Positions 26,492 through 37,831 of a stretch of DNA of 59,394 nt are shown here, in pieces. The notes beneath the pieces are model-generated. The model was not told the DNA's origin. It searched no databases and was given only the letters and a program-made list of their open reading frames with translations. The stretch comes from Acidimicrobiia bacterium. GTDB lineage: Bacteria; Actinomycetota; Acidimicrobiia; Spongiisociales; ZC4RG35. The DNA lies in assembly GCA_035250025.1 (NCBI GenBank), contig DATFFO010000082.1, forward strand, positions 1 through 59,394, in the 5' to 3' direction. The position numbers and the translations under genes were made by a program. Positions within the stretch are counted from its first letter, which is position 1; each line of letters begins with the position of its first letter.

Positions 26492-28293
26492 GCCACACTT
26501 CCCCGCTGTCGTTCGGCGGCGTCCTCTTCGTAGGCGCGAACCAAGCGGGCGTAGCCGGGCTGAGACTCCATCAACTCTTCGTGGCTGCCCTGGGCCTTGA
26601 CGCGGCCGTCTTCGACGAACACCACTTCGTCGGCGAGACGAATGGAAGAGGGGCGGTAGGCGACGAGCACCACCGTTGAAGGCAGGTCGGCGGAACGGAG
26701 GCGATGGAGGATCTGAGCCTCCACGGAAGGATCGACGGCCGAGGTGGCGTCGTCCATGATCAGCAGCCGTGGTCGCCTCACCAGGGCACGGGCGAGGGCG
26801 ACCCGCTGGCGCTGGCCACCGGAGAGCGTCGCCCCGCGCTCGCCGATGCGTGTCTCGTAGCCGTCGGGCAACTCCCGGATGAAGTCGTGGGCCCCGGCCA
26901 CCCGGGCGGCGTCGGTCACGGCTTCGTCCCGGTATTCGGCTCCCAGCGTGATGTTGCCCCGGACCGTGTCGTCGAAGAGGAACGACCCCTGCGACACATA
27001 GGCCACCTCACGGGGCAGCTCATACCGGGCGAAGCTGCGCAGGTCGCGTCCGTCGATGCGGATCCGGCCCGAGCCCGGATCCCAGAGGCGGGCGAGGAGG
27101 AGCGTGAGCGTGGACTTGCCCGAACCCGTGGGGCCGACGATCGCCACCGTGCGACCGGCCGGAATGTCGAGCGCCACCTCGTCGAGAACAATGGAATCTG
27201 GCTCATAGCCAAAGGTGACTTCATCGCCGGCAATCGGGGCCGGGCCGGTATCGAGCGCCGCCGTCTCCTCGCCGTACTCCACGGTCTCGGCCACATCGAG
27301 CACCGCCTGGACCCGACGCCGAGCGGGAATCGAGGCGGCCATGTCGAAGAGGACGAAGGCGATCAACTGCACCGGGAAGGCAAGGAGGCCGAGCAGGTAG
27401 AGCGCCGAGACGATGTCGCCGGGCGTGACGGCGCCGGAGTCGACCCGGTACGCCCCGACGGCCAGGACGACCAGGCTCATCGCCGGCATCAGGCTGGTGA
27501 TGAGAACCCGATAGCTCTCCCACATTGTGTTGACCTGGACGATGCGGTCCCGCAGGTCGTCTGACGCCGCCCGGAGGCGGTCGATCTCATGCGCCTCCCG
27601 ACCGAGGGCCTTGACGGTGAGGGCGCCATCGAACGACTCGTGGGCGACCCGCGAGACCTCGCCGTACTGGTCCTGGATGCCCTCCCAGAGGGGGTAGACG
27701 GTGACGGCGGCGTTGACCTCGACGGCGACGATGGTGCCCAGCCCGACGAGCGTCACGAGTCCCAGCCATGGATCGATCAGGAACGTGAGGACCACGGTGC
27801 CGACGATCAGCAGCGACACCCCGGTGGCGTAGGGGAACGGAGACAGTACCCCGGTGGCCTGCCGGGCATCGTTGTCTGCCACCGACAGCAGGTCGCCGAC
27901 GGACTGACGACCGAACCAGGCCAGTTCGAGCCGGAGTTGATGCTCGATCAGTTGCTCACGGACGTCCTGTTGGGTGCGGAACTGGAGATACCCGGCGGAG
28001 TCCCGGCGGAGGACGATGGCCGAAGCCTTCCACACGGCCACTCCGAGGATGGCCCCTACCACCAGCCGAACCCGTCCTCCGATGTCCTCCCCCTCGGCGA
28101 GAACCGGAAGGATGGCGGTGTCAGTGACCCAGCCGATCACCCGTGACGCCGCGATGATGGCGGCGGCGTAGAGGGCGGCTCCCAGCACCGCCAGGGTGAA
28201 GGGCCGGGGTCGCGCTCGCACATAACGGGCCACGAGACGCAAGCCCTCGCTGAGGACGGCGCGGGCCGTGACGGGTGCGGTGGTGACAGGCAT
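26488..28293 (-). CDS. ABC exporter, fused permease/ATP-binding protein (heterodimer partner)
   Basis: GPTGSGKST, LSGGQRQR and LLIMDDATS. ATG 28293 is preferred over the TTG at 28305 used by the ORF track. Confidence 0.9.
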   Translation of the reverse strand: MPVTTAPVTARAVLSEGLRLVARYVRARPRPFTLAVLGAALYAAAIIAASRVIGWVTDTAILPVLAEGEDIGGRVRLVVGAILGVAVWKASAIVLRRDSAGYLQFRTQQDVREQLIEHQLRLELAWFGRQSVGDLLSVADNDARQATGVLSPFPYATGVSLLIVGTVVLTFLIDPWLGLVTLVGLGTIVAVEVNAAVTVYPLWEGIQDQYGEVSRVAHESFDGALTVKALGREAHEIDRLRAASDDLRDRIVQVNTMWESYRVLITSLMPAMSLVVLAVGAYRVDSGAVTPGDIVSALYLLGLLAFPVQLIAFVLFDMAASIPARRRVQAVLDVAETVEYGEETAALDTGPAPIAGDEVTFGYEPDSIVLDEVALDIPAGRTVAIVGPTGSGKSTLTLLLARLWDPGSGRIRIDGRDLRSFARYELPREVAYVSQGSFLFDDTVRGNITLGAEYRDEAVTDAARVAGAHDFIRELPDGYETRIGERGATLSGGQRQRVALARALVRRPRLLIMDDATSAVDPSVEAQILHRLRSADLPSTVVLVAYRPSSIRLADEVVFVEDGRVKAQGSHEELMESQPGYARLVRAYEEDAAERQRGSVA

Positions 28294-28340
28294 AGGGAGC
28301 CTCAAAAGCCTATCGACGCCAACCGCGCAGCGAGAACCCC

Positions 28341-28544
28341 TTTTGTCCCCCTGAGCGAAGCTTTGTCCCCCACGAGCGAAGCGAGAGGGGGAAGGGGACC
28401 CCGCCGGCGGAGCCGGTGGGGTAGGGGGGTCGTTCCCAACAAGGAGAGTTCTGCCAAGGGTTGGCCCCCCCTACCTCCCACCTCCGCTGCGCTCCGGTGG
28501 CAGGGACCTTCCCCCACTTCGTGGGGGACAAAGGGGGGACAAAC
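28341..28544 (-). repeat. Family-1 repeat, inverted orientation, shorter core variant
   Basis: TTTTGTCCCCCTGAGCGAAG...GGTAGGGGGG...CCCCCCTACCTCCCACC...CACTTCGTGGGGGACAAAGGGGGGACAAAC. This copy lies in a divergent promoter region. Confidence 0.82.
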
Positions 28545-28652
28545 ACTCGTGGGCGAACGGGTCACGGGAAGGAGCCGTTGGAACCGAAGCGGCGGGCGGT
28601 GCGTGTAGGGGTAGATGTCGCTTGTGTGGGGGAGGGGCCTACGGTGCCCTCG

Positions 28653-29822
28653 ATGAGGTTCCGGATGATCCTGGTCGTGTCGCTGGTGGTCGGCAGCTTC
28701 GTCGGCCTTATGGCATGGCGATGGGTGAACGCCAGGGCCGAAACGCCCGGGCCCGCGCCGGTCACAACCGCAGCGGAACTCGACCCGTCGTCGGCCGACA
28801 CGTCGCCTCCGCCGGCGGCACAGGGGACGACCCCCACGACCGAGGCCCCCGCCCCCCAGCGGATCGGATATGTCCTCAGCCGCCAGGGAGCATCATTGGC
28901 GTCAGAACCAGGCGGGGATGCGACTGCCATCGCCGCGGGGATTCTCTTCCCCGTCCTGGCCGAGGTTGACGGCGGCTATGACGTCCTCGACACGTGCAAC
29001 AGAGACGGGTGGCTGGCAGCCTCCGACGTCGAGCCCGGCATGGTGCCCGAACGCAAGGGCGAGGCGTTCCACGAGTCGGTGTTCGTACTCGATCCCGGCC
29101 ACGGCATTCCCGACTACGGGGCTGTTGGCCCCAACGGAGTGATCGAGGCCGAGATCAACCTCGCGGTCGCCACGCGGGTGGTGGAACTGCTGCGCTCACC
29201 GCACGACGTCGACTGGGAGACCGGGGAGGTGACGGACGGGGACGATGTCCCCGCCGCCGCGGCGGCGTTGCTGACCCGGCGCGCCGCCGGTCCCAACGGA
29301 GGCAACTATCAGTTGGGGCTGACGTTCCGCTCGATCGTGGCCAACACCGTCGATGCCACGGCCCTCGTCTCGATTCATCACAACACGGTCCCCGAGACGA
29401 ACCTCGATCACCCTGGGACCGAAGCCTTCGTCTCCGTGTCCAACCCGGATTCACCCCGGCTGGGAGGGCTGATCGTCGACGAGCTGCGACGGGCGTTCGC
29501 CCGCTTCGAGGCCGACTGGACGGGATCGCCCGGCGACGGGCTGATTTCACGGGTCGATGCCGACGGCAGCGACTACTACTCGCTGCTCGACCGGGCCGAG
29601 GTGCCGGCAGTGATCGTGGAGGGTGCCTACATCTCCAATCCCACGGAAGAAGCCCTCGCCCAGACCGACGAGTTCCAACAGGCCTACGCCGAAGGCGTAT
29701 ACCGGGCTCTGATCCGGTTCGTCACCACCGACGATGATCCGATTCCGGCGCCCGAACCGATCCTGTGGGACGTCGACCGCCCCCCGCCCTCCCTCTCCTC
29801 GTGCCAGGTGCCAGCACCGTGA
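28653..29822 (+). CDS. N-acetylmuramoyl-L-alanine amidase (Amidase_3) with N-terminal membrane anchor
   Basis: ATG 28653. It has a TM helix ILVVSLVVGSFVGLMAW and a Pro/Thr-rich linker. The amidase core is VLDPGHG, SIHHN, GTEAFVS and EGAYISNPTEE. Confidence 0.85.
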   Translation: MRFRMILVVSLVVGSFVGLMAWRWVNARAETPGPAPVTTAAELDPSSADTSPPPAAQGTTPTTEAPAPQRIGYVLSRQGASLASEPGGDATAIAAGILFPVLAEVDGGYDVLDTCNRDGWLAASDVEPGMVPERKGEAFHESVFVLDPGHGIPDYGAVGPNGVIEAEINLAVATRVVELLRSPHDVDWETGEVTDGDDVPAAAAALLTRRAAGPNGGNYQLGLTFRSIVANTVDATALVSIHHNTVPETNLDHPGTEAFVSVSNPDSPRLGGLIVDELRRAFARFEADWTGSPGDGLISRVDADGSDYYSLLDRAEVPAVIVEGAYISNPTEEALAQTDEFQQAYAEGVYRALIRFVTTDDDPIPAPEPILWDVDRPPPSLSSCQVPAP

Positions 29823-29865
29823 GAGCGGTTATGGTCACGCCTCGAGCCGAGACAGGAGTGCAACG

Positions 29866-32259
29866 GTGGAGATCGAACCCGGATCCTTCTATCTGGGCGG
29901 CAACGTCGACCCCGCCTCGGGTGAGCGCGGCGACCCACTGATCTACGACTCCGACGACCTCGTCACGCACGGGGTCATCGTCGGCATGACCGGCTCGGGC
30001 AAGACCGGCCTCGGCATCGACATCCTCGAGGAGGCACTCCTCTCCGCGATCCCCTGTCTCATCATCGACCCCAAGGGCGACATGGGGAACCTGCGTCTTG
30101 TCTTCCCTGATTTCGCCCCGGGCGACTTCGCTTCCTGGGTCGATCCCGCCGAGGCCGAACGGCAGGGAATCACAGTCGAGGAGTTGGGCGCCACTACCGC
30201 GACCACGTGGAAGGAGGGTCTGGCCGACTGGGACATCAGCCCGGAGCGGATGCGGCGCCTGGTCGACGCCGCCGAGGTCACCATCTATACGCCGGGTTCG
30301 ACGGCCGGCGTCCCCATCGACATCCTCGGCTCGCTCGATGCTCCCGACCTTTCCTGGGAGGAGCACGGCGAGGACCTGCGCGACGAGATCGAGGGCTTCG
30401 TGTCCTCGTTGCTCGTCCTGGCCGGGATCGAGGCCGATCCCGTCTCCAGCCCCTCGCACATCCTCCTGGCCACGATCATCGAGTCGGAGTGGAAGGAAGG
30501 CCGCGACCTCGACCTCGCCCGCCTCGTCGGCTTGATCTCCGCGCCTCCCTTCCGCAAGCTGGGGGTCTTCGAGCTCGACGCCTTCTACCCGCCGGAGGAG
30601 CGGACCGAGCTTGCCATGAAGCTCAATGGACTCCTCGCCTCGCCCTCCTTCGCGGCGTGGCTAGAGGGTGAGCCGCTTGACATCGAACGCCTCCTGACGG
30701 GGAGCGACAGGACGAGGGCGCCCATCGTCTATCTGGCCCATCTGTCGGAGAGCGAGCGCCAGTTCGTTGTGACCCTGCTCCTTGCCAAGCTCGTGACCTG
30801 GATGCGGCGTCAACCGGGGACCGGCAAGCTGCGTGCCCTCGTCTACATGGACGAGGTCTTCGGCTTTTGCCCGCCGGTCGCCGAGCCGCCCTCGAAGAAG
30901 CAGATCCTCACCATCCTCAAGCAGGCGCGCGCCTTCGGCGTCGGCATGGTGCTCTCCACGCAGAACCCGGTGGACCTCGACTACAAGGCCATGTCCAACG
31001 CCGGATCCTGGATGGTGGGTCGCCTCCAGACCGAGAACGACAAGAAGCGGATCCTGGAAGGTCTGGCTGACGCCGGTGGCGCCACCGACGTCGACTCCGT
31101 CGACACGCTGATCTCCAATCTCGCCAAACGCCAGTTCGTGCTGCGCCAGGCCGGCCAGGCGGAGCCGTCGGTGTTCGGGACCCGATGGGCCATGTCCTAT
31201 TTGGCGGGCCCGTTGGATCGAACGCGCATCGAGCGGCTGACCGAGGGGGCTGCCCCCGAGACGGAAGACGGAAGTCCGACGACGGAAGTGACCGAAGACC
31301 GACAACCTACAACCGATGGCCGAGAACCGCCTACCGACTCCGTCCCCGTCGCTCCGCAGGTCGCCGGCTCTGTCTCGATCGGGCATCTGGATCCGGCGGC
31401 GCCGTGGGCCTCGCAGGTCGGGGCGGTTCCCGACGGGCGGCGCTGGAAGGCGATCGGCGTGGCCACCGTCCAACTTCTCTACGACGATCGGCCCGCCGAC
31501 GTCAACCACAGCGAGGATTACGAGGCAGTGATGGACCCGCTCGGGCCCAGCTTCGCCGGTGATTCGCTGATCGCCGTCGACCACGACCCCAGAGATCTGC
31601 GCGAGGGCGTCCCGACGGACGGGGACTTCATCCTCACCGACGCCCCGATCAACACCGCTTCCTATTGGTCATCTCTCGAGAAGGACCTGCGGGACCATCT
31701 GGTGCGAGAACGCAAGATCACGGTGTGGAAGAACCAGGCGTTGAAGCTCTACTCCCGCGTCGGTGAAACCGAGGAGCAGTTCAAGGCCCGCTGTGCCGCC
31801 GCCGCTGAGGATGCGGCCGACGAGGACCTTGCCCAACTCAAGGACCGCTACGAGAGCAAGATCGATCGAGTGAGGGATCAGATCTCCCGCGCCGACCGCC
31901 GGGTGGCGGAACTGAACCAGGACCTGGCCGCCCGGCGCCAGAACGAGGTCGTTTCCGGGGTCGGGGACATCCTCGGCTCCCTGCTGGGAGGTCGCTCCAG
32001 GTCGGGAGCCTTACGCCGGGCCTCCTCACGGCGCTCGCAAAGTCGCCGGACCAACGCCGACCTCGAGGCCGCCGCCGGCAAGCTGGCCGACGAGCAGCAG
32101 GAACTGGCGGATCTCGAGGCGGACCTGGCCGAAGAACTCTTGGAGATCACGGAGGGTTGGGACGCCAAGGCGGCAGACGTGACTCCGGTTGAGATTCCCC
32201 TGGAGAGCAGCGACGTCAAAGTCTCCGAGCTGAAGCTCGTCTGGGTGCCGACGGCCTGA
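29866..32259 (+). CDS. YjgR/HerA-like P-loop ATPase with long C-terminal coiled-coil extension
   Basis: GTG 29866 has AGGAG 9 nt upstream. Motifs are Walker A GMTGSGKTG, Walker B ALVYMDEVF and STQNPVDLD with RLQTENDKKR. About 300 further residues end in heptad-like Asp/Glu/Arg/Leu-rich segments. Confidence 0.83.
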   Translation: MEIEPGSFYLGGNVDPASGERGDPLIYDSDDLVTHGVIVGMTGSGKTGLGIDILEEALLSAIPCLIIDPKGDMGNLRLVFPDFAPGDFASWVDPAEAERQGITVEELGATTATTWKEGLADWDISPERMRRLVDAAEVTIYTPGSTAGVPIDILGSLDAPDLSWEEHGEDLRDEIEGFVSSLLVLAGIEADPVSSPSHILLATIIESEWKEGRDLDLARLVGLISAPPFRKLGVFELDAFYPPEERTELAMKLNGLLASPSFAAWLEGEPLDIERLLTGSDRTRAPIVYLAHLSESERQFVVTLLLAKLVTWMRRQPGTGKLRALVYMDEVFGFCPPVAEPPSKKQILTILKQARAFGVGMVLSTQNPVDLDYKAMSNAGSWMVGRLQTENDKKRILEGLADAGGATDVDSVDTLISNLAKRQFVLRQAGQAEPSVFGTRWAMSYLAGPLDRTRIERLTEGAAPETEDGSPTTEVTEDRQPTTDGREPPTDSVPVAPQVAGSVSIGHLDPAAPWASQVGAVPDGRRWKAIGVATVQLLYDDRPADVNHSEDYEAVMDPLGPSFAGDSLIAVDHDPRDLREGVPTDGDFILTDAPINTASYWSSLEKDLRDHLVRERKITVWKNQALKLYSRVGETEEQFKARCAAAAEDAADEDLAQLKDRYESKIDRVRDQISRADRRVAELNQDLAARRQNEVVSGVGDILGSLLGGRSRSGALRRASSRRSQSRRTNADLEAAAGKLADEQQELADLEADLAEELLEITEGWDAKAADVTPVEIPLESSDVKVSELKLVWVPTA

Positions 32260-32269
32260 ACCCCGTTCT

Positions 32270-32309
32270 GGCTCACATATCGCACCCGTGGTGGCGCGAT
32301 ATGTGAGCC
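32270..32309. terminator. perfect 14-bp hairpin between convergent genes
   Basis: GGCTCACATATCGC - 12-nt loop - GCGATATGTGAGCC. There is no clean U-tract on either strand (AAAAG follows on the plus strand). Confidence 0.55.
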
Positions 32310-32316
32310 AAAAGCC

Positions 32317-33306
32317 TCAGATGAGGTCGGCTTCGCGGATCCCGAACGAGGGGTGACGCAGGCGGCAGAGAGCCAGCTTCTCCAGCTGGCGAATTCGCTC
32401 CCGCGTGAGGTTGAACTCGTCGCCGATCTCTTCGAGCGTGCGGGGCACTCCGTCGTAGAAGCCGTAGCGCAGGGCGAGGATGCGACCCTCCCGGTCGGGG
32501 AGACGCTCGATCGACTTGCGCAGTGAGTTGGCGACGTCCATCTCCTCGGTGAGCTGGACCGGGTCGGCGGCGTCCTCGTCTTCGATGAAGTCACCGAGCT
32601 GGGCGCCGTCCTCACCGATCGGCTGCTCGAGCGAGACGGTGTCGGCCACACCCAGGGCGAGCTCCACCTTGTCAACGGTGACCCCGGCCTCCTCGGCGAT
32701 CTCGTCAGGACGCGGCTCGCGCCCCAGCTCCGCCTTGAGGCTGGCCTGGGCGGCACGCACCGCGGCCAACGTGTCGTGGAGGTGGACCGGGATGCGAACG
32801 GTGCGCGACTTGTCGGCGATGGCTCGCGTGATCGCCTGGCGGATCCACCACGTGGCATACGTCGAGAACTTGAAGCCCTTGCGCCAGTCGAACTTCTCGA
32901 CAGCGCGGATCAGCCCCAGGTTGCCTTCCTGGATCAGGTCGAGGAAGTCGATGCCAGATGTGTTGGCGTAGCGACGGGCGTTGGCGACGACGAGACGCAG
33001 GTTGGCGGTGAGGAAAGCGTCCTTGGCCTCGCGGCCTTTGCGCTCCTGGCGGCGGAGCTCGATCTCCTGCTTCTTGCCCTTGTAGTCGCCCTCTTCCAGG
33101 CGCTCGGCGGCTTCTTCACCGGACTCGATCTGCTGGGCCAGCTCGACTTCCTGCTCGGCCGTGAGCAAGTCGTATTCGCCGATGGCAGTCAGGTATTGGG
33201 AGACCAGGTCAGTGGTCAGGCGACCGCGCTCATCGGTGAGCTTGCTCTGGAGACGTGACCGCTTGGGCTTGGGACGGTCGCGTTTCGTTTCGGCGGCAGC
33301 AGGCAT
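32317..33306 (-). CDS. sigma-70 family RNA polymerase sigma factor, group 1/2 (RpoD/SigB-like)
   Basis: ATG 33306 is preceded by GGAGG. Motifs are [33 protein letters not shown] and [14 protein letters not shown]. The N-terminal region is short. Confidence 0.9.
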   Translation of the reverse strand: MPAAAETKRDRPKPKRSRLQSKLTDERGRLTTDLVSQYLTAIGEYDLLTAEQEVELAQQIESGEEAAERLEEGDYKGKKQEIELRRQERKGREAKDAFLTANLRLVVANARRYANTSGIDFLDLIQEGNLGLIRAVEKFDWRKGFKFSTYATWWIRQAITRAIADKSRTVRIPVHLHDTLAAVRAAQASLKAELGREPRPDEIAEEAGVTVDKVELALGVADTVSLEQPIGEDGAQLGDFIEDEDAADPVQLTEEMDVANSLRKSIERLPDREGRILALRYGFYDGVPRTLEEIGDEFNLTRERIRQLEKLALCRLRHPSFGIREADLI

Positions 33307-33352
33307 GAAAGTGAGTCCTCCGTAGGGTGGCAGGTGGCGGGACCGGGGTCCC

Positions 33353-33381
33353 ACTATGCCAGAGAAATGACGGCTTGTGAA
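33353..33381 (-). promoter_or_regulatory. candidate sigma-A-type promoter of the sigma factor gene
   Basis: On the minus strand: TTCACA, a 17-nt spacer, then CATAGT, about 47 nt upstream of the ATG. Confidence 0.35.
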
Positions 33382-33554
33382 CCCCCCTGTGCATCTTGCG
33401 TTTACCCGACGGCATACCCGGCGTTCAGGAAGGTGACGCTACTTCCAACGCCTGTATTCACGTCTGTATTCCCCTCCCCCGACCGTTCTCGCGGTCGTTC
33501 TCGCGGGCTGGCGGCGACGGTTTCTACCCCCAGAACGGTTGGTACGGTGCACGG

Positions 33555-35564
<2,010 letters not shown>

Positions 35565-36472
35565 CCGTGGCCTCCTCGACGGCGAGCAGCCGGACACAGG
35601 TGAGGACGTATGTGATCCACAACAGGTCCGCCAGGGCGAGATGGAGGATCTGGAGCCAGAGGGGAACTCCGAGGCTGATCATGAGGACGCCCGACAGGAG
35701 CTGAAGACCGACCACCGTCCCCATCACCTGCACGGGACCGGTCGGAAGGCGGCGGCGAACGGCCGCCACCCAGGCGACCCCGGTCACAGCGACGGCCAGG
35801 ATGGGATGCACGATCCGAAGGTCGGTGAGGAAGTGCTCAACCGCCTCCGATTCCGCCCCGCCTTTCGGGAACAACGTGTCGGCCAGCGCCGTGATGGCGC
35901 CGGTGCCGGCGATGAGGAGCACCGCCACTCCCCCGGCCAGGACCCAACGCCACGTCCGCCGCTGTTGAGACGGACGAACCCGGGCCCCGCCCCCCAGCCA
36001 GTAGGCGGTGAGTGTGAGGGCGGCGAGGAGGACGAAGGTGTTGAGGAGGTGGAGCGGGACAGACACCGCCCGGGCCACTGAGGCGTCGTCGGCGACCCAC
36101 TCGAAGAGCACGATGGCAGCCCCTATCAGGGCCTCACCGATGATCGCCACCAGGGAGGCGACAGCTCCGCCCCGGGCGGGGTGGCCGGGCTCGGTGGCCC
36201 GGAACACCCAGACCACCAGCACGGCAACCAGTAGGAGCGCCACCCCGGACACGCCACGGTGGGCGAACTCGACGGCGGTGGCGCCCTCCAGGGGCGGAAC
36301 GATCTCACCCTGGCAGGCCGGCCACGATCGCCCACAGCCGGCCCCGGATCCTGTGGCCCGCACCACGGCCCCCATCAGGATCACGACCAGGGTGAAGCCC
36401 AGCGTCACCCAGGCAAAGCGCCTCGCCGATGTCACCCACCGATGGTAGGGCCGGCCCGCCCGCCCGAAACCA

Positions 36473-36511
36473 GCGTGCAACGCACGGGACCCCAGCCAGT
36501 GCGTTGCACGC
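36473..36511. promoter_or_regulatory. perfect 13-bp inverted repeat in a divergent intergenic region
   Basis: GCGTGCAACGCAC - 13 nt - GTGCGTTGCACGC, centred between the ctaA and cysteine-synthase starts. Confidence 0.4.
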
Positions 36512-36550
36512 CGGTCGGGAAGGATGGGACGGCCGCATAGGCTGGGGGCG

Positions 36551-37567
36551 ATGCAGATCTCCGATTCGGTCGTCGACGCCATCGGCGACACCCCCCTGGT
36601 GCGGCTGAGTCGTGTCCATCCGCCCGGGAATCTGGTTGCCAAGCTCGAGTACATGAACCCCGGCGGGTCGGTCAAGGAGCGGATTGCGGTGGCGATGATC
36701 GATGCCGCCGAGCGGGAGGGGCTCCTGGCACAAGGCGGGACGATCGTGGAGCCAACGTCGGGCAACACCGGCGTGGGTCTTGCTCTGGTGGGCGCCGTCC
36801 GCGGCTACCGGGTCATCTGCACCGTCCCCGACAAGGTCTCCAAGGAAAAGCGCGACCTGCTCTCGGCCTACGGCGTGGAGGTGGTGGTCACGCCGACCGA
36901 GTTGCTGCCAGACCACCCCGACTCGTACTACGGAGTCGCCCGCCGTCTAGCTGCGGAGATCCCCGGAGCCTTCCACCCTGACCAGTACTCCAACTCGAAC
37001 AACCCGGACGCCCACTACCAAACCACCGGCCCCGAGATATGGAGGCAAACCGACGGACAAATCGGCGTATTCGCAGCCGGCGTTGGCACCGGGGGCACCA
37101 TGACTGGAGTCAGTCGGTATCTGAAGGAGCAGAACCCGCAGGTGCGCACGGTCGGAGTCGACCCGGAGGGCTCCATCTACACCGCGGGTCCGGACGGCGA
37201 CATCCATCAGTACTTCACCGAAGGGGTCGGCGAGGACTTCTACCCGGAGACCGTCGAACTCGACCTGATCGACCGGTGGGAGATGGTGGACGACGTCGAT
37301 GCGTTCGCCATGGCCCACCGTCTCGCCCGGACCGAGGGGATCCTCGCCGGGCCCTCGGGGGGCATGGCGGTGGAGGGAGCCCTGCGGGTGGCGGCCGAGG
37401 ACGCCTCCGCCCTGGTCGTGGTTCTGATCCCCGACTCCGGCCGGGGCTACCTGTCGAAACTCTTCAACGAAGCCTGGCTGACAGAGCACATTGTCCCCCT
37501 GAGCTCTGTCCCCCACGAGCGCAGCGAGAGGGGGAAGGGGCCCCCACCGCCGAAGGCGGTGGGGTAG
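36551..37567 (+). CDS. PLP-dependent cysteine synthase / cystathionine beta-synthase family protein
   Basis: ATG 36551 (MQISDSVVDAIGDTPLV...). It has the PLP lysine motif NPGGSVKER and TSGNTG. The last ~25 codons lie inside a family-1 repeat copy. Confidence 0.88.
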   Translation: MQISDSVVDAIGDTPLVRLSRVHPPGNLVAKLEYMNPGGSVKERIAVAMIDAAEREGLLAQGGTIVEPTSGNTGVGLALVGAVRGYRVICTVPDKVSKEKRDLLSAYGVEVVVTPTELLPDHPDSYYGVARRLAAEIPGAFHPDQYSNSNNPDAHYQTTGPEIWRQTDGQIGVFAAGVGTGGTMTGVSRYLKEQNPQVRTVGVDPEGSIYTAGPDGDIHQYFTEGVGEDFYPETVELDLIDRWEMVDDVDAFAMAHRLARTEGILAGPSGGMAVEGALRVAAEDASALVVVLIPDSGRGYLSKLFNEAWLTEHIVPLSSVPHERSERGKGPPPPKAVG

Positions 37568-37800
37568 GGGGCCAATCGTTCCCACCTAGAAGACCTGTAG
37601 GAAACGTTCGCCAATGGTTCGCCCTGGCCTTCGGCCAGCCCCCTACCCCACTTCGTGGGGGCTCCTTCCCCCACTCCGTGGGGGACAAACCTCGCGTGAG
37701 AAGAGGACGGAGACGGGGAGCCCTGCGGTTCCCCTGAGCTTTGTCCCCCACGAGCGCAGCGGAGGCGTGGGGGGTAGCGGGGACGTGCGTGGGGACAAAA
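37491..37800 (-). repeat. Family-1 repeat, diverged copy plus additional partial arm
   Basis: TTGTCCCCCTGAGCTCTGTCCCCCACGAGCGCAGCGAGAGGGGGAAGGGG...GGTAGGGGG ... CCCCCACTCCGTGGGGGACAAAC ... GGGGACAAAA. Confidence 0.78.
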
Positions 37801-37831
37801 AGACGGACGCCCCCGGGTGGGGGCGTCCGTC
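37796..37831 (-). terminator. intrinsic terminator (13-bp GC stem, 4-nt loop, T5 tail)
   Basis: On the minus strand: GACGGACGCCCCC-ACCC-GGGGGCGTCCGTC followed by TTTTTG. The T-tract is contributed by the end of the repeat copy. Confidence 0.7.
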
